The notes below the pieces were generated by a model that saw nothing but the letters and a program-made list of their open reading frames with translations, ran no database searches and had not been told where the DNA came from. Both the position numbers and the translations under genes were made by a program. A stretch of DNA of 64,000 bases, from the sequence record JX128259; one strand, written 5' to 3'. Positions 1-10,317 of this stretch are shown here, piece by piece. The DNA comes from Escherichia phage ECML-134. Each line of letters opens with the position of its first letter. Positions within the stretch are counted from its first letter, which is position 1.

Positions 1-11
1 AATTTTCCTTA

Positions 12-2189
12 TTAGGCCGCAAGGGCCTTCATAGTTTTAGCGATTTGAGAAACTTCATCATCACTTAAAGAGTTGCGATAATCGATGAAGTCGGAAACAA
101 TACGGAATTTCTTGGTAAACTCAGCAACCATTTTATCACTGTTTTTTGAAGCATTATGTGATAATACATCAAAAAGATTAGTTACTGTCCAGATGTCATG
201 ACCGATGGTATCTTTTCCACCATTAAAATATACACCCTGTAATGAACTAACCATATTAGCGAGTCGTGTATATTCTTCAGAAACTTCATCTACACTGAAG
301 TACTTCATCATAAAATCTAACTCAGGATACTTGATAATTTTATCAATATATCGTTTAGCTGAACTTGAATAACCTACATACTTATCATAATCTACATCAT
401 CAAAAGCATCTACATATAAATCACGCAAAGCTTCAAAAATACACTGGCATTGACCAAGCTCTTTTACCTTTTTCTGTAAAAGCGGACGAATAACATAAAA
501 TTCATTAATGCCAATAAGATTAGCCATACGAATCAAAATATTCATAGATGGATGACAAAGAGATGTAGTACCATCCATAGAGAAAATATCAGAACGATGC
601 ATATACGCTACATAACCAGTAATTTCATCTGCTTCTGATGTGAGCGTAAATAATTCCTCTTTTTCCCAGCGCCCGTCTTTAATTTCAAACTTAAATGCTG
701 TAGCAGCTTTAGGACGAGGAGCTTTACTTTTAACTACCTTTGGAATATAGCTTTTAACTAAAGCTTCAATTTCTGACAAATAATGAATGTTAACTTCATC
801 ACTTTCAAACATCGCCATAATGTCAGGAAGTAAATCTATCTGCGATTCTACTTCTGGGTTAATAAACAGAAGGCGTTCGTTATAATGAATATTCAAAGTG
901 TTATTAAATTCACTATCATCTAACGCATGTGCTAATCCACGAACAATATTAACACGATTTTTAATATTATCAATAACAATATTAATTTTTGTTGCATTAA
1001 TACCAAACAGACGATAACTTGATGCAACGGCTGAAGTTTCATGACTTTGCTTAATGCGCTTCAGTCGAGGGTCAAGATTTACTTCATACACAACTCCTGC
1101 ATTGCATAACTTACTGTCAGGTTCAAACATGCTTTGCATCTTTTTATATGACAGATTTTTAGTCGTGAATTTGACTGAATTACTAATCATATAATCTCGA
1201 GCAGAATACCCCATCTTCATCAATTCACGATATGTGTGACGAGGAGATGTAGATTCTTTAAATCGTTTTACATCTTCATTAAATGCTTTCTCACTGAGTT
1301 CTTTAACTCGTTCAATGATATTTTTACGAGTGCGATCATCTAGTGAAAGAGCCTCACGAGATGGAGCAATATCAAGTGAACCCATTGGAAACTTAATGTA
1401 ATTCACTTCATTGCGAATGTTTAGCCAGTTACGGTCTCTAATAACACCATCGATAGGATAAACAATACCGCCGTAGATAGCATATAATCCACCACGATCA
1501 GGCCAGTATCTTTCGGGATTTACACCATAATAATCATCAAAATCCGGAAAATAATCAATTTCGCGGTCAAGACCATTAATGATAGCCAAATCTTTGAACG
1601 GTCGCATGATATAAGAAACTTCATAAGCAAAGTTTCTAAAGTCTTTTTCTTCAACTGGAACTACGATTTCAATACCAGTTTTATCATCTGGACCCATTTC
1701 TTTTACGAATGTAGGTTTAATCTGTGGGCCATCACCATCCATGTAAGCTACATAACCACGAATTTCACCTTTATGGTATGAAGTAATACTAAACGTATCA
1801 GTATAACTAAACGGAGATTTAGAACCTAAACCAAATCCGCCAATGAAATCGTTAGATTCGGCTTTAGATGAACTGAAGTATGAATTATACAGACCAGGAG
1901 AATTATCATCACCCTGAATATCAAAATCACTCATACCCGGACCAAAATCTCGACAAACAAATCGTGGGTCTAAACGTCCTGGAACTTGTATGATAAATTT
2001 TTCAGGATTTCCATTGAGAGCATGGGCATCAATCATGTTAGTAATCAATTCACGAACTACTGCGCGAATCTTGTTTGTATACAAATCAGATGACAGAATT
2101 TTAAATACTTTAGGAGATGCTGTGATGCTAAATGCTTTTGATTTAGAACCATTACCAAGAATTGTTTCTTTTTCAGTGGTGATAATCAT
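12..2189 (-). CDS. rIIA: rIIA rapid-lysis / membrane-associated protein
   Basis: 725-aa ORF at the conventional T4 genome start; size and position match T4 rIIA; stop codon at 12-14. Confidence 0.9.
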   Translation of the reverse strand: MIITTEKETILGNGSKSKAFSITASPKVFKILSSDLYTNKIRAVVRELITNMIDAHALNGNPEKFIIQVPGRLDPRFVCRDFGPGMSDFDIQGDDNSPGLYNSYFSSSKAESNDFIGGFGLGSKSPFSYTDTFSITSYHKGEIRGYVAYMDGDGPQIKPTFVKEMGPDDKTGIEIVVPVEEKDFRNFAYEVSYIMRPFKDLAIINGLDREIDYFPDFDDYYGVNPERYWPDRGGLYAIYGGIVYPIDGVIRDRNWLNIRNEVNYIKFPMGSLDIAPSREALSLDDRTRKNIIERVKELSEKAFNEDVKRFKESTSPRHTYRELMKMGYSARDYMISNSVKFTTKNLSYKKMQSMFEPDSKLCNAGVVYEVNLDPRLKRIKQSHETSAVASSYRLFGINATKINIVIDNIKNRVNIVRGLAHALDDSEFNNTLNIHYNERLLFINPEVESQIDLLPDIMAMFESDEVNIHYLSEIEALVKSYIPKVVKSKAPRPKAATAFKFEIKDGRWEKEELFTLTSEADEITGYVAYMHRSDIFSMDGTTSLCHPSMNILIRMANLIGINEFYVIRPLLQKKVKELGQCQCIFEALRDLYVDAFDDVDYDKYVGYSSSAKRYIDKIIKYPELDFMMKYFSVDEVSEEYTRLANMVSSLQGVYFNGGKDTIGHDIWTVTNLFDVLSHNASKNSDKMVAEFTKKFRIVSDFIDYRNSLSDDEVSQIAKTMKALAA

Positions 2190-2199
2190 AATTTCCTCA

Positions 2200-2403
2200 T
2201 TAATTCATATTACGTTTAATAACTTCGGCAACTTCTAGTAGTTCATCTTTAGTTGCGGTGTCAGATTGAATTTTATCTCTAATATCTTTAAAGCGGTTTT
2301 TAAATTCTTCGGCTTCTCCCATATCGAAAAAGCGTTGAATGATTCTATATTCTCGATGAACTGCTTTATCAAAAAGTTCTAAATTTACTTTATATGATTT
2401 CAT
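2200..2403 (-). CDS. small hypothetical protein between topoisomerase and rIIA
   Basis: 67-aa ORF; GAGGA Shine-Dalgarno upstream; lies downstream of the early promoter at 2429-2458. Confidence 0.6.
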   Translation of the reverse strand: MKSYKVNLELFDKAVHREYRIIQRFFDMGEAEEFKNRFKDIRDKIQSDTATKDELLEVAEVIKRNMN

Positions 2404-2428
2404 TTCAATATCCTCATTTGCCCAATTA

Positions 2429-2458
2429 ATTATACCACATCCTTGTGGTAAAGTAAAC
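2429..2458 (-). promoter_or_regulatory. early sigma70-type promoter (-35 GTTTAC, 18 bp spacer, -10 TATAAT)
   Basis: plus-strand gtaaac at 2453-2458 and attata at 2429-2434, read on minus strand; overlaps the gene 39 stop codon. Confidence 0.6.
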
Positions 2459-4278
2459 TACTGGCTCATCCATTCTTTACGAAGGTCAGCATTATCTCCC
2501 ATGAGCATTTCAAAAAGCTCTTTCCAATTCTCAGGAAGTTTAACAACATCATATACTGGATTTTGAATCATCTCACGATATTCAGATTTTTCCAAAGAGC
2601 CAAGTCCCTTAATATAACGGATGCTATGTTTAGGTAGAGCATCTTTAGCACTCTCATATTCGGCGACTGTATAAAACCATTCTTGTTTTTTACCAATCTG
2701 AGCGATGATTACAGGAGTTTTGACAAAGCGAATTCGTCCTTGCTCAAACAATTCTGGCCAATTACTAAAAAATCCAAGCAGAGAAGGATAAATGCTTCCT
2801 AGACCATCATGGTCAGCATCAGTCATAATAGCAATATTATGATAATTCAAGTTTTCAGCTTTTTCACCAAGAACTAATCCAGTGATTGCGCAAATATCAA
2901 ATAGTTCTTTGTTTTTAAGCATATCTGCATAAGACATACCCCAACTGTTGAGAACTTTACCACGCAATGGATAACCACCATGAAGTTCTTTATCGCGAAC
3001 ATCAATAAGATATCCAATAGCAGAATCACCCTCAGTCAAGAAAAGAGTAGTGTCAGCATCTTTACCACAAAGATTCGCTTTGATATGTTTATGAACCTTA
3101 GCTTTAGAAGCCTTTTTAGCTGCTTTAGTTTCTGCTGCTTTTTCTGCCGCCAATTTACGAGCCAAAGCAGCTTCAATAATCGGCATTAGAATAGCTTCAT
3201 TATTTAGAATAGCGCGTGAAATCTTTTTAGCATCAAGCTGAATATGACTACGGATTTCACCAAATGGAGAAGTCAAACGCTCTTTAGTTTGAGAATCAAA
3301 TCGCATGTTTTTCATATCACGAACAAACATAACGATTGTCAAACATTCTTTAACGCGTGCTTTAGTCACATCAATTTTGAACTTACGTTTGATTTGTGGA
3401 ATAAGGTCTTCACAAATATCATCCATAACACAGTCAATGTGATGGCCACCATTCTTAGTGTGAATGTTATTGACGTATGTTAATTGACGAAAACCATCCG
3501 GTGAACGACCAACTGCAATAGAACAATTTTCTTGTTCTTGAACGATAGCATGCTCATCATATTGGCGCGCATATTTCTTAAAATTGCCCTGAACCTTTTT
3601 ACCATTAAAGGTAAATTGAATATCAGGATTAACTACTGCAAGTGTCTGGAGACGATCTAGTGTAATGTCAAGATAAACTTGAGACAGCTCATTAGTTTCA
3701 AATGACATAAAATCAGGAATGAAAGTAACACGAGTTCCTTTCCATTTTCCAGGAATATCTTCCCACGATTTATTTTCCATGCCGTTTGAACAACGAACTA
3801 CAATATTATTTTGACCATCACCAGTTTCACCGACAAACATCACAGAAAAAATGTTTGTCAAACTAGAACCAACGCCATTCATACCGCCGGTGACACGTTC
3901 TTTATCATCACCAAAGTTACCACCTGCTTTTGGAATAGTCCAAGCAGCAACTGGACCAGGAATTTCTTCACCGGTAGGTGTTTTAACCATTGCCTGCGGA
4001 ATACCACGACCGTTATCTTCAACTGTTACTTGATTGTTTTTAATAGTAACATTAATTTTATTTGCGAATTTAAATTTAGTACGAATACCTTCATCTACTG
4101 AGTTATCGATAATTTCATCAATAAGCTTAACAAGACCAGGTACATACTGAACACTTTCCCATTTACCAAACAGAAAGCGCTCATGCATTTCATTAGCTGA
4201 AGAGCCAATGTACATGCCGCTACGCTTTTTGATATGTTCAATATCGCTCAGAATTTTAATTTCATTCTTAATCATCAC
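2458..4278 (-). CDS. 39: DNA topoisomerase II large subunit, gene 39 and gene 60 fused in one frame
   Basis: 606-aa ORF; GyrB-like N-terminus MMIKNEIKILSDIEHIKKRSGMYIGS and GHKL motif VEDNGRGIP; C-terminal 120 aa match recalled T4 gp60. Confidence 0.9.
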   Translation of the reverse strand: MMIKNEIKILSDIEHIKKRSGMYIGSSANEMHERFLFGKWESVQYVPGLVKLIDEIIDNSVDEGIRTKFKFANKINVTIKNNQVTVEDNGRGIPQAMVKTPTGEEIPGPVAAWTIPKAGGNFGDDKERVTGGMNGVGSSLTNIFSVMFVGETGDGQNNIVVRCSNGMENKSWEDIPGKWKGTRVTFIPDFMSFETNELSQVYLDITLDRLQTLAVVNPDIQFTFNGKKVQGNFKKYARQYDEHAIVQEQENCSIAVGRSPDGFRQLTYVNNIHTKNGGHHIDCVMDDICEDLIPQIKRKFKIDVTKARVKECLTIVMFVRDMKNMRFDSQTKERLTSPFGEIRSHIQLDAKKISRAILNNEAILMPIIEAALARKLAAEKAAETKAAKKASKAKVHKHIKANLCGKDADTTLFLTEGDSAIGYLIDVRDKELHGGYPLRGKVLNSWGMSYADMLKNKELFDICAITGLVLGEKAENLNYHNIAIMTDADHDGLGSIYPSLLGFFSNWPELFEQGRIRFVKTPVIIAQIGKKQEWFYTVAEYESAKDALPKHSIRYIKGLGSLEKSEYREMIQNPVYDVVKLPENWKELFEMLMGDNADLRKEWMSQ

Positions 4279-4327
4279 TTATCCTCGTTTGGTTTCGGGA
4301 ATATTATACTCCGGTAGTCATAAAGCT

Positions 4328-4345
4328 AAAGGCCCGAAGGCCTTT
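4328..4345 (-). terminator. intergenic stem-loop, UUCG tetraloop on transcript
   Basis: aaaggcc-cgaa-ggccttt; 7 bp stem; overlaps stop of lipoprotein ORF, upstream of gene 39. Confidence 0.5.
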
Positions 4346-4605
4346 TATTTAAAACGAATAGTTGAATCCTTAAAGAACAGCCCAGAACATACTGTTCCTT
4401 CTACTTTCTGCCCGGTAGGTCCAACAGCACGAAATCCAGTATGCTGGAAATCATTTTCAGAGCAACCGAACCAATTATATCCAGTGATTTCAATATTAGT
4501 AAAACCACTTGAAGACAAAACTTTAGTTGCATTATCAGCATCAGTACATCCTACTAAAGACACTACTAATACTAATGCTGCAATAGAACGATTAATATAT
4601 TTCAT
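4345..4605 (-). CDS. putative lipoprotein
   Basis: 86-aa ORF; signal peptide with lipobox LVGC (MKYINRSIAALVLVVSLVGC). Confidence 0.6.
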   Translation of the reverse strand: MKYINRSIAALVLVVSLVGCTDADNATKVLSSSGFTNIEITGYNWFGCSENDFQHTGFRAVGPTGQKVEGTVCSGLFFKDSTIRFK

Positions 4606-4610
4606 AATTA

Positions 4611-4784
4611 CCCTTTAAGCAAGTCGTAAAATCCACCATTCACATGCTTAGGAGCGGAAACTAACCGAATAGCAATCCGATGACAATCAGGACATACATC
4701 AGTATCCCTTTCAGAAATTTTCTTGATTTTTTCGTATTCTTTTGCACAGTCTTTGGATTGACATTTATAATCATAAAGAGGCAT
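4611..4784 (-). CDS. small zinc-ribbon protein, FmdB-like
   Basis: 58-aa ORF below the ORF-track cutoff, translated by hand: MPLYDYKCQSKDC...CPDCH; two CxxC-type pairs; stop 4608-4610; start 2 nt after upstream stop. Confidence 0.5.
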
Positions 4785-4786
4785 AA

Positions 4787-5185
4787 TTATTCCTTAAAGT
4801 GAGCTTTCAACATCTGATACAAGGACCATGCCTGTTCATTATTTTCAATAGTAACTTTCATGGCTGGGAATTCTGTGAAATCTTCTATTTGTTCTTGCTC
4901 TTTCTCTTCCTGCTCTTGCTCTTCAACTGCCTGATATGGATTTTCCACTTCATCAAAGAACCCAGCTTCGTTAGTAGAAAGCCAGATAAAGTTTTCGTCA
5001 AGGATATCACCATGTGTTGCATATCCAACTGTGCCGGTAGATGTCACAATTTTAGTAGGACGACCAAGATGGTCAACATCTAAAATTTTAAAAGGATGCA
5101 TACCTAAACGGCGTGCATAGATTCCGTTATCAGTATGGTCTTTAATAAAATTTTCTTGAGCTTGTTTATTTTTAATTGATACCAT
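4787..5185 (-). CDS. hypothetical protein with acidic low-complexity stretch
   Basis: 132-aa ORF; [15 protein letters not shown] run; position resembles T4 goF region but identity not established. Confidence 0.5.
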   Translation of the reverse strand: MVSIKNKQAQENFIKDHTDNGIYARRLGMHPFKILDVDHLGRPTKIVTSTGTVGYATHGDILDENFIWLSTNEAGFFDEVENPYQAVEEQEQEEKEQEQIEDFTEFPAMKVTIENNEQAWSLYQMLKAHFKE

Positions 5186-5210
5186 TTATTAACTTCAAAT
5201 TTAATAGCCA

Positions 5211-5426
5211 TTAATAAATTTCCTTCCAGTAAGTTGTGCCATCTTCAGTAATTTCACGAAATACACCATAAATTGGCTGTTTATCGCCGACTTTCTCATA
5301 CACATAAACCGAAGTCAAGTGAGTAAACTTGATGGTGTGTTCCTTTTGAACTACTACCAAATCTGGATCAAATAATACATCTTCAAATTCATCATTAGTG
5401 CAGTTCTGAACAATTTTACGTTTCAT
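5211..5426 (-). CDS. small hypothetical protein
   Basis: 71-aa ORF with GAGGA Shine-Dalgarno; size and position resemble T4 cef but not verified. Confidence 0.5.
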   Translation of the reverse strand: MKRKIVQNCTNDEFEDVLFDPDLVVVQKEHTIKFTHLTSVYVYEKVGDKQPIYGVFREITEDGTTYWKEIY

Positions 5427-5524
5427 TATAATTTCCTCATTAATTGAACAGTGGAACGATGCGTTTCAGAAGAGTAGCAGCACCTTTAGCGAATTTTCAT
5501 TTTATTCTCCAAGTTGTTTTCTGT

Positions 5525-5567
5525 ATCAGTAGTTGATATTGATATAGTACCATAATCAACTACTGAT
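5525..5567. repeat. 13 bp perfect inverted repeat with 17 nt spacer in a non-coding gap
   Basis: atcagtagttgat (5525-5537) and atcaactactgat (5555-5567); no ORF longer than 25 codons in the 170 bp gap. Confidence 0.6.
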
Positions 5568-5597
5568 GTATATAGTTTTATGAAAAAATTTTAAACT

Positions 5598-6086
5598 TTA
5601 TGCATAGAGAGCATTGCTATAGTGTTTAATCCAACTTTCAGGAATGACTTTGTATGTTCCTAAAAATACCACGTTGTACAACTTAACGCCATCTTCTACC
5701 CATTGATCGGTAATGTATCCACACATAGCGCGAGTATAAACAGCCTTTCCATCATCTTTGATAAATTTAAATTCACAAGGAGCAATGAACTTGATAGCTT
5801 GACCGAGTTTCCACTTAAAGTCTACACCTACATGCGAAGTATCAATCGTTTCAATTCCTTTAGCAGGAACAGCTTTCAAAAACGCAGGCTCAAGAAATTT
5901 CCATCGAACATAACCAAACTGAGGTTTAGACTTTCCATCTTTAGGAATGATACGCACTTTTACTTCAGAATCTTCATCTTTAACACCATGTTTAAGCTGA
6001 ATGCTTACAATTTCAACCAATTTTCCTGCTGCCTTAGAACGGGATTTATCAGATACACGAGCTAATTCACCAATATTAATAATCAT
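5598..6086 (-). CDS. motB: MotB-like early protein
   Basis: 162-aa ORF, same length as T4 MotB as recalled; shares C-terminal motif with the next ORF. Confidence 0.5.
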   Translation of the reverse strand: MIINIGELARVSDKSRSKAAGKLVEIVSIQLKHGVKDEDSEVKVRIIPKDGKSKPQFGYVRWKFLEPAFLKAVPAKGIETIDTSHVGVDFKWKLGQAIKFIAPCEFKFIKDDGKAVYTRAMCGYITDQWVEDGVKLYNVVFLGTYKVIPESWIKHYSNALYA

Positions 6087-6130
6087 AATTATCTCTCACT
6101 TGTTAAAAAGATTTTATACTCCACGGGACC

Positions 6131-6160
6131 ATTATACTCTGGTCCCAAGAGTTTGTAAAC
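6131..6160 (-). promoter_or_regulatory. early sigma70-type promoter
   Basis: gtaaac at 6155-6160, attata at 6131-6136, 18 bp spacer; 6 bp inverted repeat gggacc/ggtccc flanks the -10. Confidence 0.55.
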
Positions 6161-6162
6161 TA

Positions 6163-6705
6163 TTAATTCAAAATAGCTACCACTGCACTACGAGGTACTA
6201 CGCTAAAATCACCTGCATGAACAACGTTCAGAAGTTCAACACCATCTTCAATCCACTGGTCTGTTACCCAACCACAGACCGAAACAAATGGTGTCTTGAT
6301 AGCTACAGCACGAGTTAGAAGGTCAGTAGGGTCTTGTTCTTCAACTTCTTGGAACAGGATGAACTCATCTTCATAAACCAGGTTTTTCTTTATTTTGTTA
6401 TTATCTAACCGGCGACCGTGGATGACGTAAGATTTGTCAAACCACTCACTTTTGGCAAATTCTTCAACAATAAATTCGCCTTCGCCAAAAACATCAGTCA
6501 GAGTTTTATGACCGGAAATCAAGGCATTAGTTTTAATTTTAGGTTCAACCAGTTTGTAGGTTTTGCCGATTTCAATAGCGGTAGTCATAGTAGGTTCCTT
6601 AATTTCCAGTGGTTTAACAGGGCATACATAAGTGCTTACAACATCAAAATCAATCAGTTTAGCTACCGGATTCGATATGTATTCAGGATTATAATTAAAT
6701 TTCAT
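6163..6705 (-). CDS. hypothetical protein, paralog of motB-like ORF
   Basis: 180-aa ORF; C-terminal CGWVTDQWIEDGVELLNVV matches CGYITDQWVEDGVKLYNVV of 5598-6086. Confidence 0.6.
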   Translation of the reverse strand: MKFNYNPEYISNPVAKLIDFDVVSTYVCPVKPLEIKEPTMTTAIEIGKTYKLVEPKIKTNALISGHKTLTDVFGEGEFIVEEFAKSEWFDKSYVIHGRRLDNNKIKKNLVYEDEFILFQEVEEQDPTDLLTRAVAIKTPFVSVCGWVTDQWIEDGVELLNVVHAGDFSVVPRSAVVAILN

Positions 6706-6707
6706 AA

Positions 6708-7208
6708 TTATCTCATTTCAATAAAATCTACAAGTTCAGCATGGGATTTACGGAACATTACCTGGCGTCCGCCAATGATAACTTCATCTTCAGGAACTTC
6801 ATATACGGCGAGATAAAATCCTTTAGAAGATAATTCTTCCCGCTCTTCTCGTGTGAACCATCTCATCATATCATATTCACTAGCGAAAGCAAAATGATAA
6901 AGAGCTATAAACCATCCTGGAATATGATATTCTACTCCAACATAATCTTTCTTGAACTTAGTATTAATTACTATATTAGCGTTTTTAACTAATAGTTTAT
7001 CTTCGTGTGGTAAAGGAATTCTTTTATTATCATCGCTATGATGCATAAAATTAGGTCTGTCATAACCTACGTGTAATAGCCACTCTTCGCTCCATGAATC
7101 TATTATACTCCTGTACGGCGTTATTTGAACACAAAGATTTCGACGTATTGTTATAGCATCTTCATAATCAAGAATACTAAACGATGATTCAACACGATAA
7201 ATTTTCAT
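6708..7208 (-). CDS. hypothetical protein
   Basis: ORF track gives 6708-7247; start moved to internal Met (MKIYRVESS) because promoter 7236-7265 lies inside the longer ORF and GAGGA precedes the ATG at 7208. Confidence 0.55.
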   Translation of the reverse strand: MKIYRVESSFSILDYEDAITIRRNLCVQITPYRSIIDSWSEEWLLHVGYDRPNFMHHSDDNKRIPLPHEDKLLVKNANIVINTKFKKDYVGVEYHIPGWFIALYHFAFASEYDMMRWFTREEREELSSKGFYLAVYEVPEDEVIIGGRQVMFRKSHAELVDFIEMR

Positions 7209-7235
7209 TTTATTATCCTCAGTAGCTATGGTGTT

Positions 7236-7265
7236 ATAATACCACAACTAACCGAGGAAGTAAAC
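7236..7265 (-). promoter_or_regulatory. early sigma70-type promoter
   Basis: gtaaac at 7260-7265; -10 TATTAT as reverse complement of 7236-7241. Confidence 0.5.
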
Positions 7266-7271
7266 AACTTT

Positions 7272-7955
7272 TTATCGTTTTGTTGGAAGAGACAGAGGAT
7301 CGCATTCTTCCTCTGATGGAGCATCTTCAAGACCCATAGCATATCGCAAAGCATACTTCATCATCAGGATGTCTTTCGCACAGTCATGAATAGAATCATG
7401 TGCAACGAATCCATCTAAAGTTCCCTTTGGAAGAGGACACGTGGTCATATCACGAACAAGCAGAAGTGCTTCAATTCTGGTACGAATATCACGCTGATTC
7501 CAGAATTTACAAGGTTCTAACTTAAACGTATCAAGCTCATTCTCGGAAACGCCGTTAAGACGTTGAATATCGCGAATGAGATCAACTAAAATTGGAAAAT
7601 CAAACGACATTCCACGGCACCAGCCTTGAGATTTCCAAGGATCGATATTATGCGCATTGATGTAATCATTAAATTTTGCAATACCATCGATAGTGCTTAC
7701 ATCTTCATCTGATGGTGCAATATTTTTTCGAGCTTCAGGAGATTGATTTTTCCACCATTCGATAGTGCTTTTAGTAAAAAGACGATGTCCTTTTTGGCTT
7801 TTTAAATCAAATTTGATTTTAATGCCACGTGAAACTAATTCATCAAATGTTTCAACGACTTCTGGATTAGGGTCAAAAGCAATTACAGCCAAATCAATAA
7901 CAGCTGCTTTTTCACCACTTCCCATTGTTTCAAAATCTATAATAAAATCAAACAT
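7272..7955 (-). CDS. dexA: exonuclease A
   Basis: 227-aa ORF, T4 DexA length; DnaQ-like N-terminus FDFIIDFETMG. Confidence 0.85.
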   Translation of the reverse strand: MFDFIIDFETMGSGEKAAVIDLAVIAFDPNPEVVETFDELVSRGIKIKFDLKSQKGHRLFTKSTIEWWKNQSPEARKNIAPSDEDVSTIDGIAKFNDYINAHNIDPWKSQGWCRGMSFDFPILVDLIRDIQRLNGVSENELDTFKLEPCKFWNQRDIRTRIEALLLVRDMTTCPLPKGTLDGFVAHDSIHDCAKDILMMKYALRYAMGLEDAPSEEECDPLSLPTKR

Positions 7956-8212
7956 TAAACTTTCCTCGCTAAATCGCGAATTTGACCTACAGTATAATCT
8001 TGGATATAAACTTTATTAATGGGCTCATCAATAAATTTTGCCATAGATTCAATATCTTTTTGCATCTCTTCAAGACTGTATATTATCTTTAAAGCTTTTT
8101 CGCGAATAGTAATATTTTCAGGACCCTGATTTTCTTCAATGACAGCTTTAACATTTGTCATAAGAGATTTAAATTGGTACCAACTTAATTCAATCATTAA
8201 TAATCGCCTCAT
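7955..8212 (-). CDS. small hypothetical protein, tandem paralog 1
   Basis: 85-aa ORF; LEEMQKDIESMAKF region similar to next ORF; overlaps neighbour by 23 nt. Confidence 0.55.
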   Translation of the reverse strand: MRRLLMIELSWYQFKSLMTNVKAVIEENQGPENITIREKALKIIYSLEEMQKDIESMAKFIDEPINKVYIQDYTVGQIRDLARKV

Positions 8213-8450
8213 AAAGATAGCTAATTTCGCCTAAAACATAATCATTAATTGTAACAGTTTTCACTTCACCGCAAAAGAATTCTAACGCAATTAAATCTCG
8301 TTCAATTTCTTCTAATTGAAGCATCAACTTATTAGATTCAATTTTTACAGTTTCACGATTTTTACCATGAGCAATTTCATAAATTTCGCTAACTTTATCC
8401 TGAAGAAGATAAAACTGATCTTTAGTTATTTCCACGAATAGCTTCCTCAA
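8190..8450 (-). CDS. small hypothetical protein, tandem paralog 2
   Basis: 86-aa ORF; MRKL start and LEEIERDLIALEFF similar to previous ORF. Confidence 0.55.
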   Translation of the reverse strand: MRKLFVEITKDQFYLLQDKVSEIYEIAHGKNRETVKIESNKLMLQLEEIERDLIALEFFCGEVKTVTINDYVLGEISYLYEAIIND

Positions 8451-8682
8451 ATTTAATTAGTAATTTACAGACACTTTCATCTAGTGTAATTACTGTATCT
8501 GTATTACTGTGATATGATTGTTTTTCAATTCGTTTAATTGCTAATATAGTATCACTTATAAGATAAAGCTTATGAAGGAGCTCAGCTCCTGTTACCATAA
8601 CATTAAGATTGTCTTGCTTATTAGTATGCTTCCTTATACTATCTATTAGACGATTTAAATATTTTGAATTGATGTTAATCAT
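8422..8682 (-). CDS. small hypothetical protein
   Basis: 86-aa ORF overlapping neighbour by 29 nt; weaker similarity to the two preceding ORFs. Confidence 0.5.
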   Translation of the reverse strand: MININSKYLNRLIDSIRKHTNKQDNLNVMVTGAELLHKLYLISDTILAIKRIEKQSYHSNTDTVITLDESVCKLLIKFEEAIRGNN

Positions 8683-8688
8683 ATAGCC

Positions 8689-10008
8689 TCACACATAAAA
8701 CACATCATAGCGACCACGGGTGACACCAACATAAAGAAGTTGTTGAGCCAATTCAGCATCTGCATAATGAATACAAGGCGTATAAATGAAAGCACGGTCT
8801 ACAGACATACCCTGAGCTTTATGGAATGTTGATGCAGGAAGTGCTTTCACTTTACTAAACTGTGATTTAGCATCCCAAAAATCACTCCATGGAGCTTTTC
8901 CGCCTTTATTCCAATTTTTATAAGTTTCTGCCGTTTTACCTAAAAATAGGTTAAACTTATACAATTCTTCGTCAGATGAAATTATTTTAATCTTTTCACG
9001 ATAATATTCATCATCGCCATAAGTTTCTACTGTTAAATCCCAATGACGAATTAAGTATTCTCCAGAAACACCACGAGCTTTAACAAAGGTTGATGTATAC
9101 TCTGCTTCTATAATACGAACTAACTGTCCGTTATTAAAAATAATTTCTGACACAGGCTTTCCATCAATTTTATATGTTTTAATTAATGGTTCCTGCATTA
9201 CAATAATTTCACCGACAATAAAATCTTTATCAGTTTCAAAAATCTTTTTACGAATAATGCTATTTAACTTATCAACAGATTTATTCGTAAATGCCATTAC
9301 ACGATTTTCAAACAAATCATCTAGAGATTTGACGATTGAAAAATAATTTACCATAAAATCACGTAAAGCGGTATCACCAGTAAATCCACGTACTCCATGC
9401 CCGTCAACAACTTTATCATAAATCCACTTACCGTTACGAACGTCAGTAGCTACATCAATAATAGGAGCATTACTGCGTTTAACTTCAGTGAGTTCACACT
9501 GATAAAAATCTTTGTGTGTAAAGAATGGACTGATATAAGCAGTATTTTCTCCTGGGTCAACAGGTCTAATTTGCTTATTATCACCTATTCCAATTATAGT
9601 ACACCAAGGTGGGATAGTTGAAAGCAGAATTTTAAATAGCTTTCTATCATACATTGACACTTCATCGCAGATTAATACCCTGCATTTAGCTAAATCTGGT
9701 ACTTCCTTCTGCTCAAAGAGGACATTTTCTTCATATGTTACTGGGTTAATTTTAAGAATACTATGAATAGTACTCGCTTCTTTCCCTGATAGTTTTGAAA
9801 GAATCTTTTTAGCTGCATGAGTAGGAGCTGCTAAAATAATACCAGTTTCACCCGTAGATATTAAAGCTTCAATGATGAACTTAGTAAGAGTAGTCTTACC
9901 GGTACCGGCAGGTCCATTAATAGTTACATGGTGTTTCTTTTCTTTAATAGCCTTCATAACAATGTTAAAGGCATTTTTCTGGCCTTCGGTCAAATCATCA
10001 AATGTCAT
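8689..10008 (-). CDS. dda: Dda DNA helicase
   Basis: 439-aa ORF, T4 Dda length; Walker A GPAGTGKTT. Confidence 0.9.
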   Translation of the reverse strand: MTFDDLTEGQKNAFNIVMKAIKEKKHHVTINGPAGTGKTTLTKFIIEALISTGETGIILAAPTHAAKKILSKLSGKEASTIHSILKINPVTYEENVLFEQKEVPDLAKCRVLICDEVSMYDRKLFKILLSTIPPWCTIIGIGDNKQIRPVDPGENTAYISPFFTHKDFYQCELTEVKRSNAPIIDVATDVRNGKWIYDKVVDGHGVRGFTGDTALRDFMVNYFSIVKSLDDLFENRVMAFTNKSVDKLNSIIRKKIFETDKDFIVGEIIVMQEPLIKTYKIDGKPVSEIIFNNGQLVRIIEAEYTSTFVKARGVSGEYLIRHWDLTVETYGDDEYYREKIKIISSDEELYKFNLFLGKTAETYKNWNKGGKAPWSDFWDAKSQFSKVKALPASTFHKAQGMSVDRAFIYTPCIHYADAELAQQLLYVGVTRGRYDVFYV

Positions 10009-10316
10009 CGTAAATTCCCTGCAATTGGTATACTAACAATACGCCCAGTATCTAAAATTCGCTGATATAATCTTTGCGTGTCTACGTCAGGCTTAACATG
10101 TTTAACTTCTATTTTATTAAACCAAAATTTACGTGGAGTCTCAACTAATCTTGGAATTCCCTTACCTAAAGCTAGTCGATACTGCTCTTTAAGAGTGGTA
10201 AATACTTTATCAGCAATCTTCCATTCAAAAAATACAGCAGGACGATGTTCATCAAGCGGAACTGGCGCCGTAAATCCGTCTTTGTCTCGGTAAACTATCG
10301 CGTATACATAAACCAT
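10005..10316 (-). CDS. hypothetical protein
   Basis: 103-aa ORF overlapping dda start by 4 nt. Confidence 0.6.
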   Translation of the reverse strand: MVYVYAIVYRDKDGFTAPVPLDEHRPAVFFEWKIADKVFTTLKEQYRLALGKGIPRLVETPRKFWFNKIEVKHVKPDVDTQRLYQRILDTGRIVSIPIAGNLR

Positions 10317-10317
10317 A

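Noticed and set aside
2458-3000. Gene 60 translational bypass hairpin
   Set aside because: The gp60-like region is in frame with gene 39; no stop codon or take-off/landing codon pair
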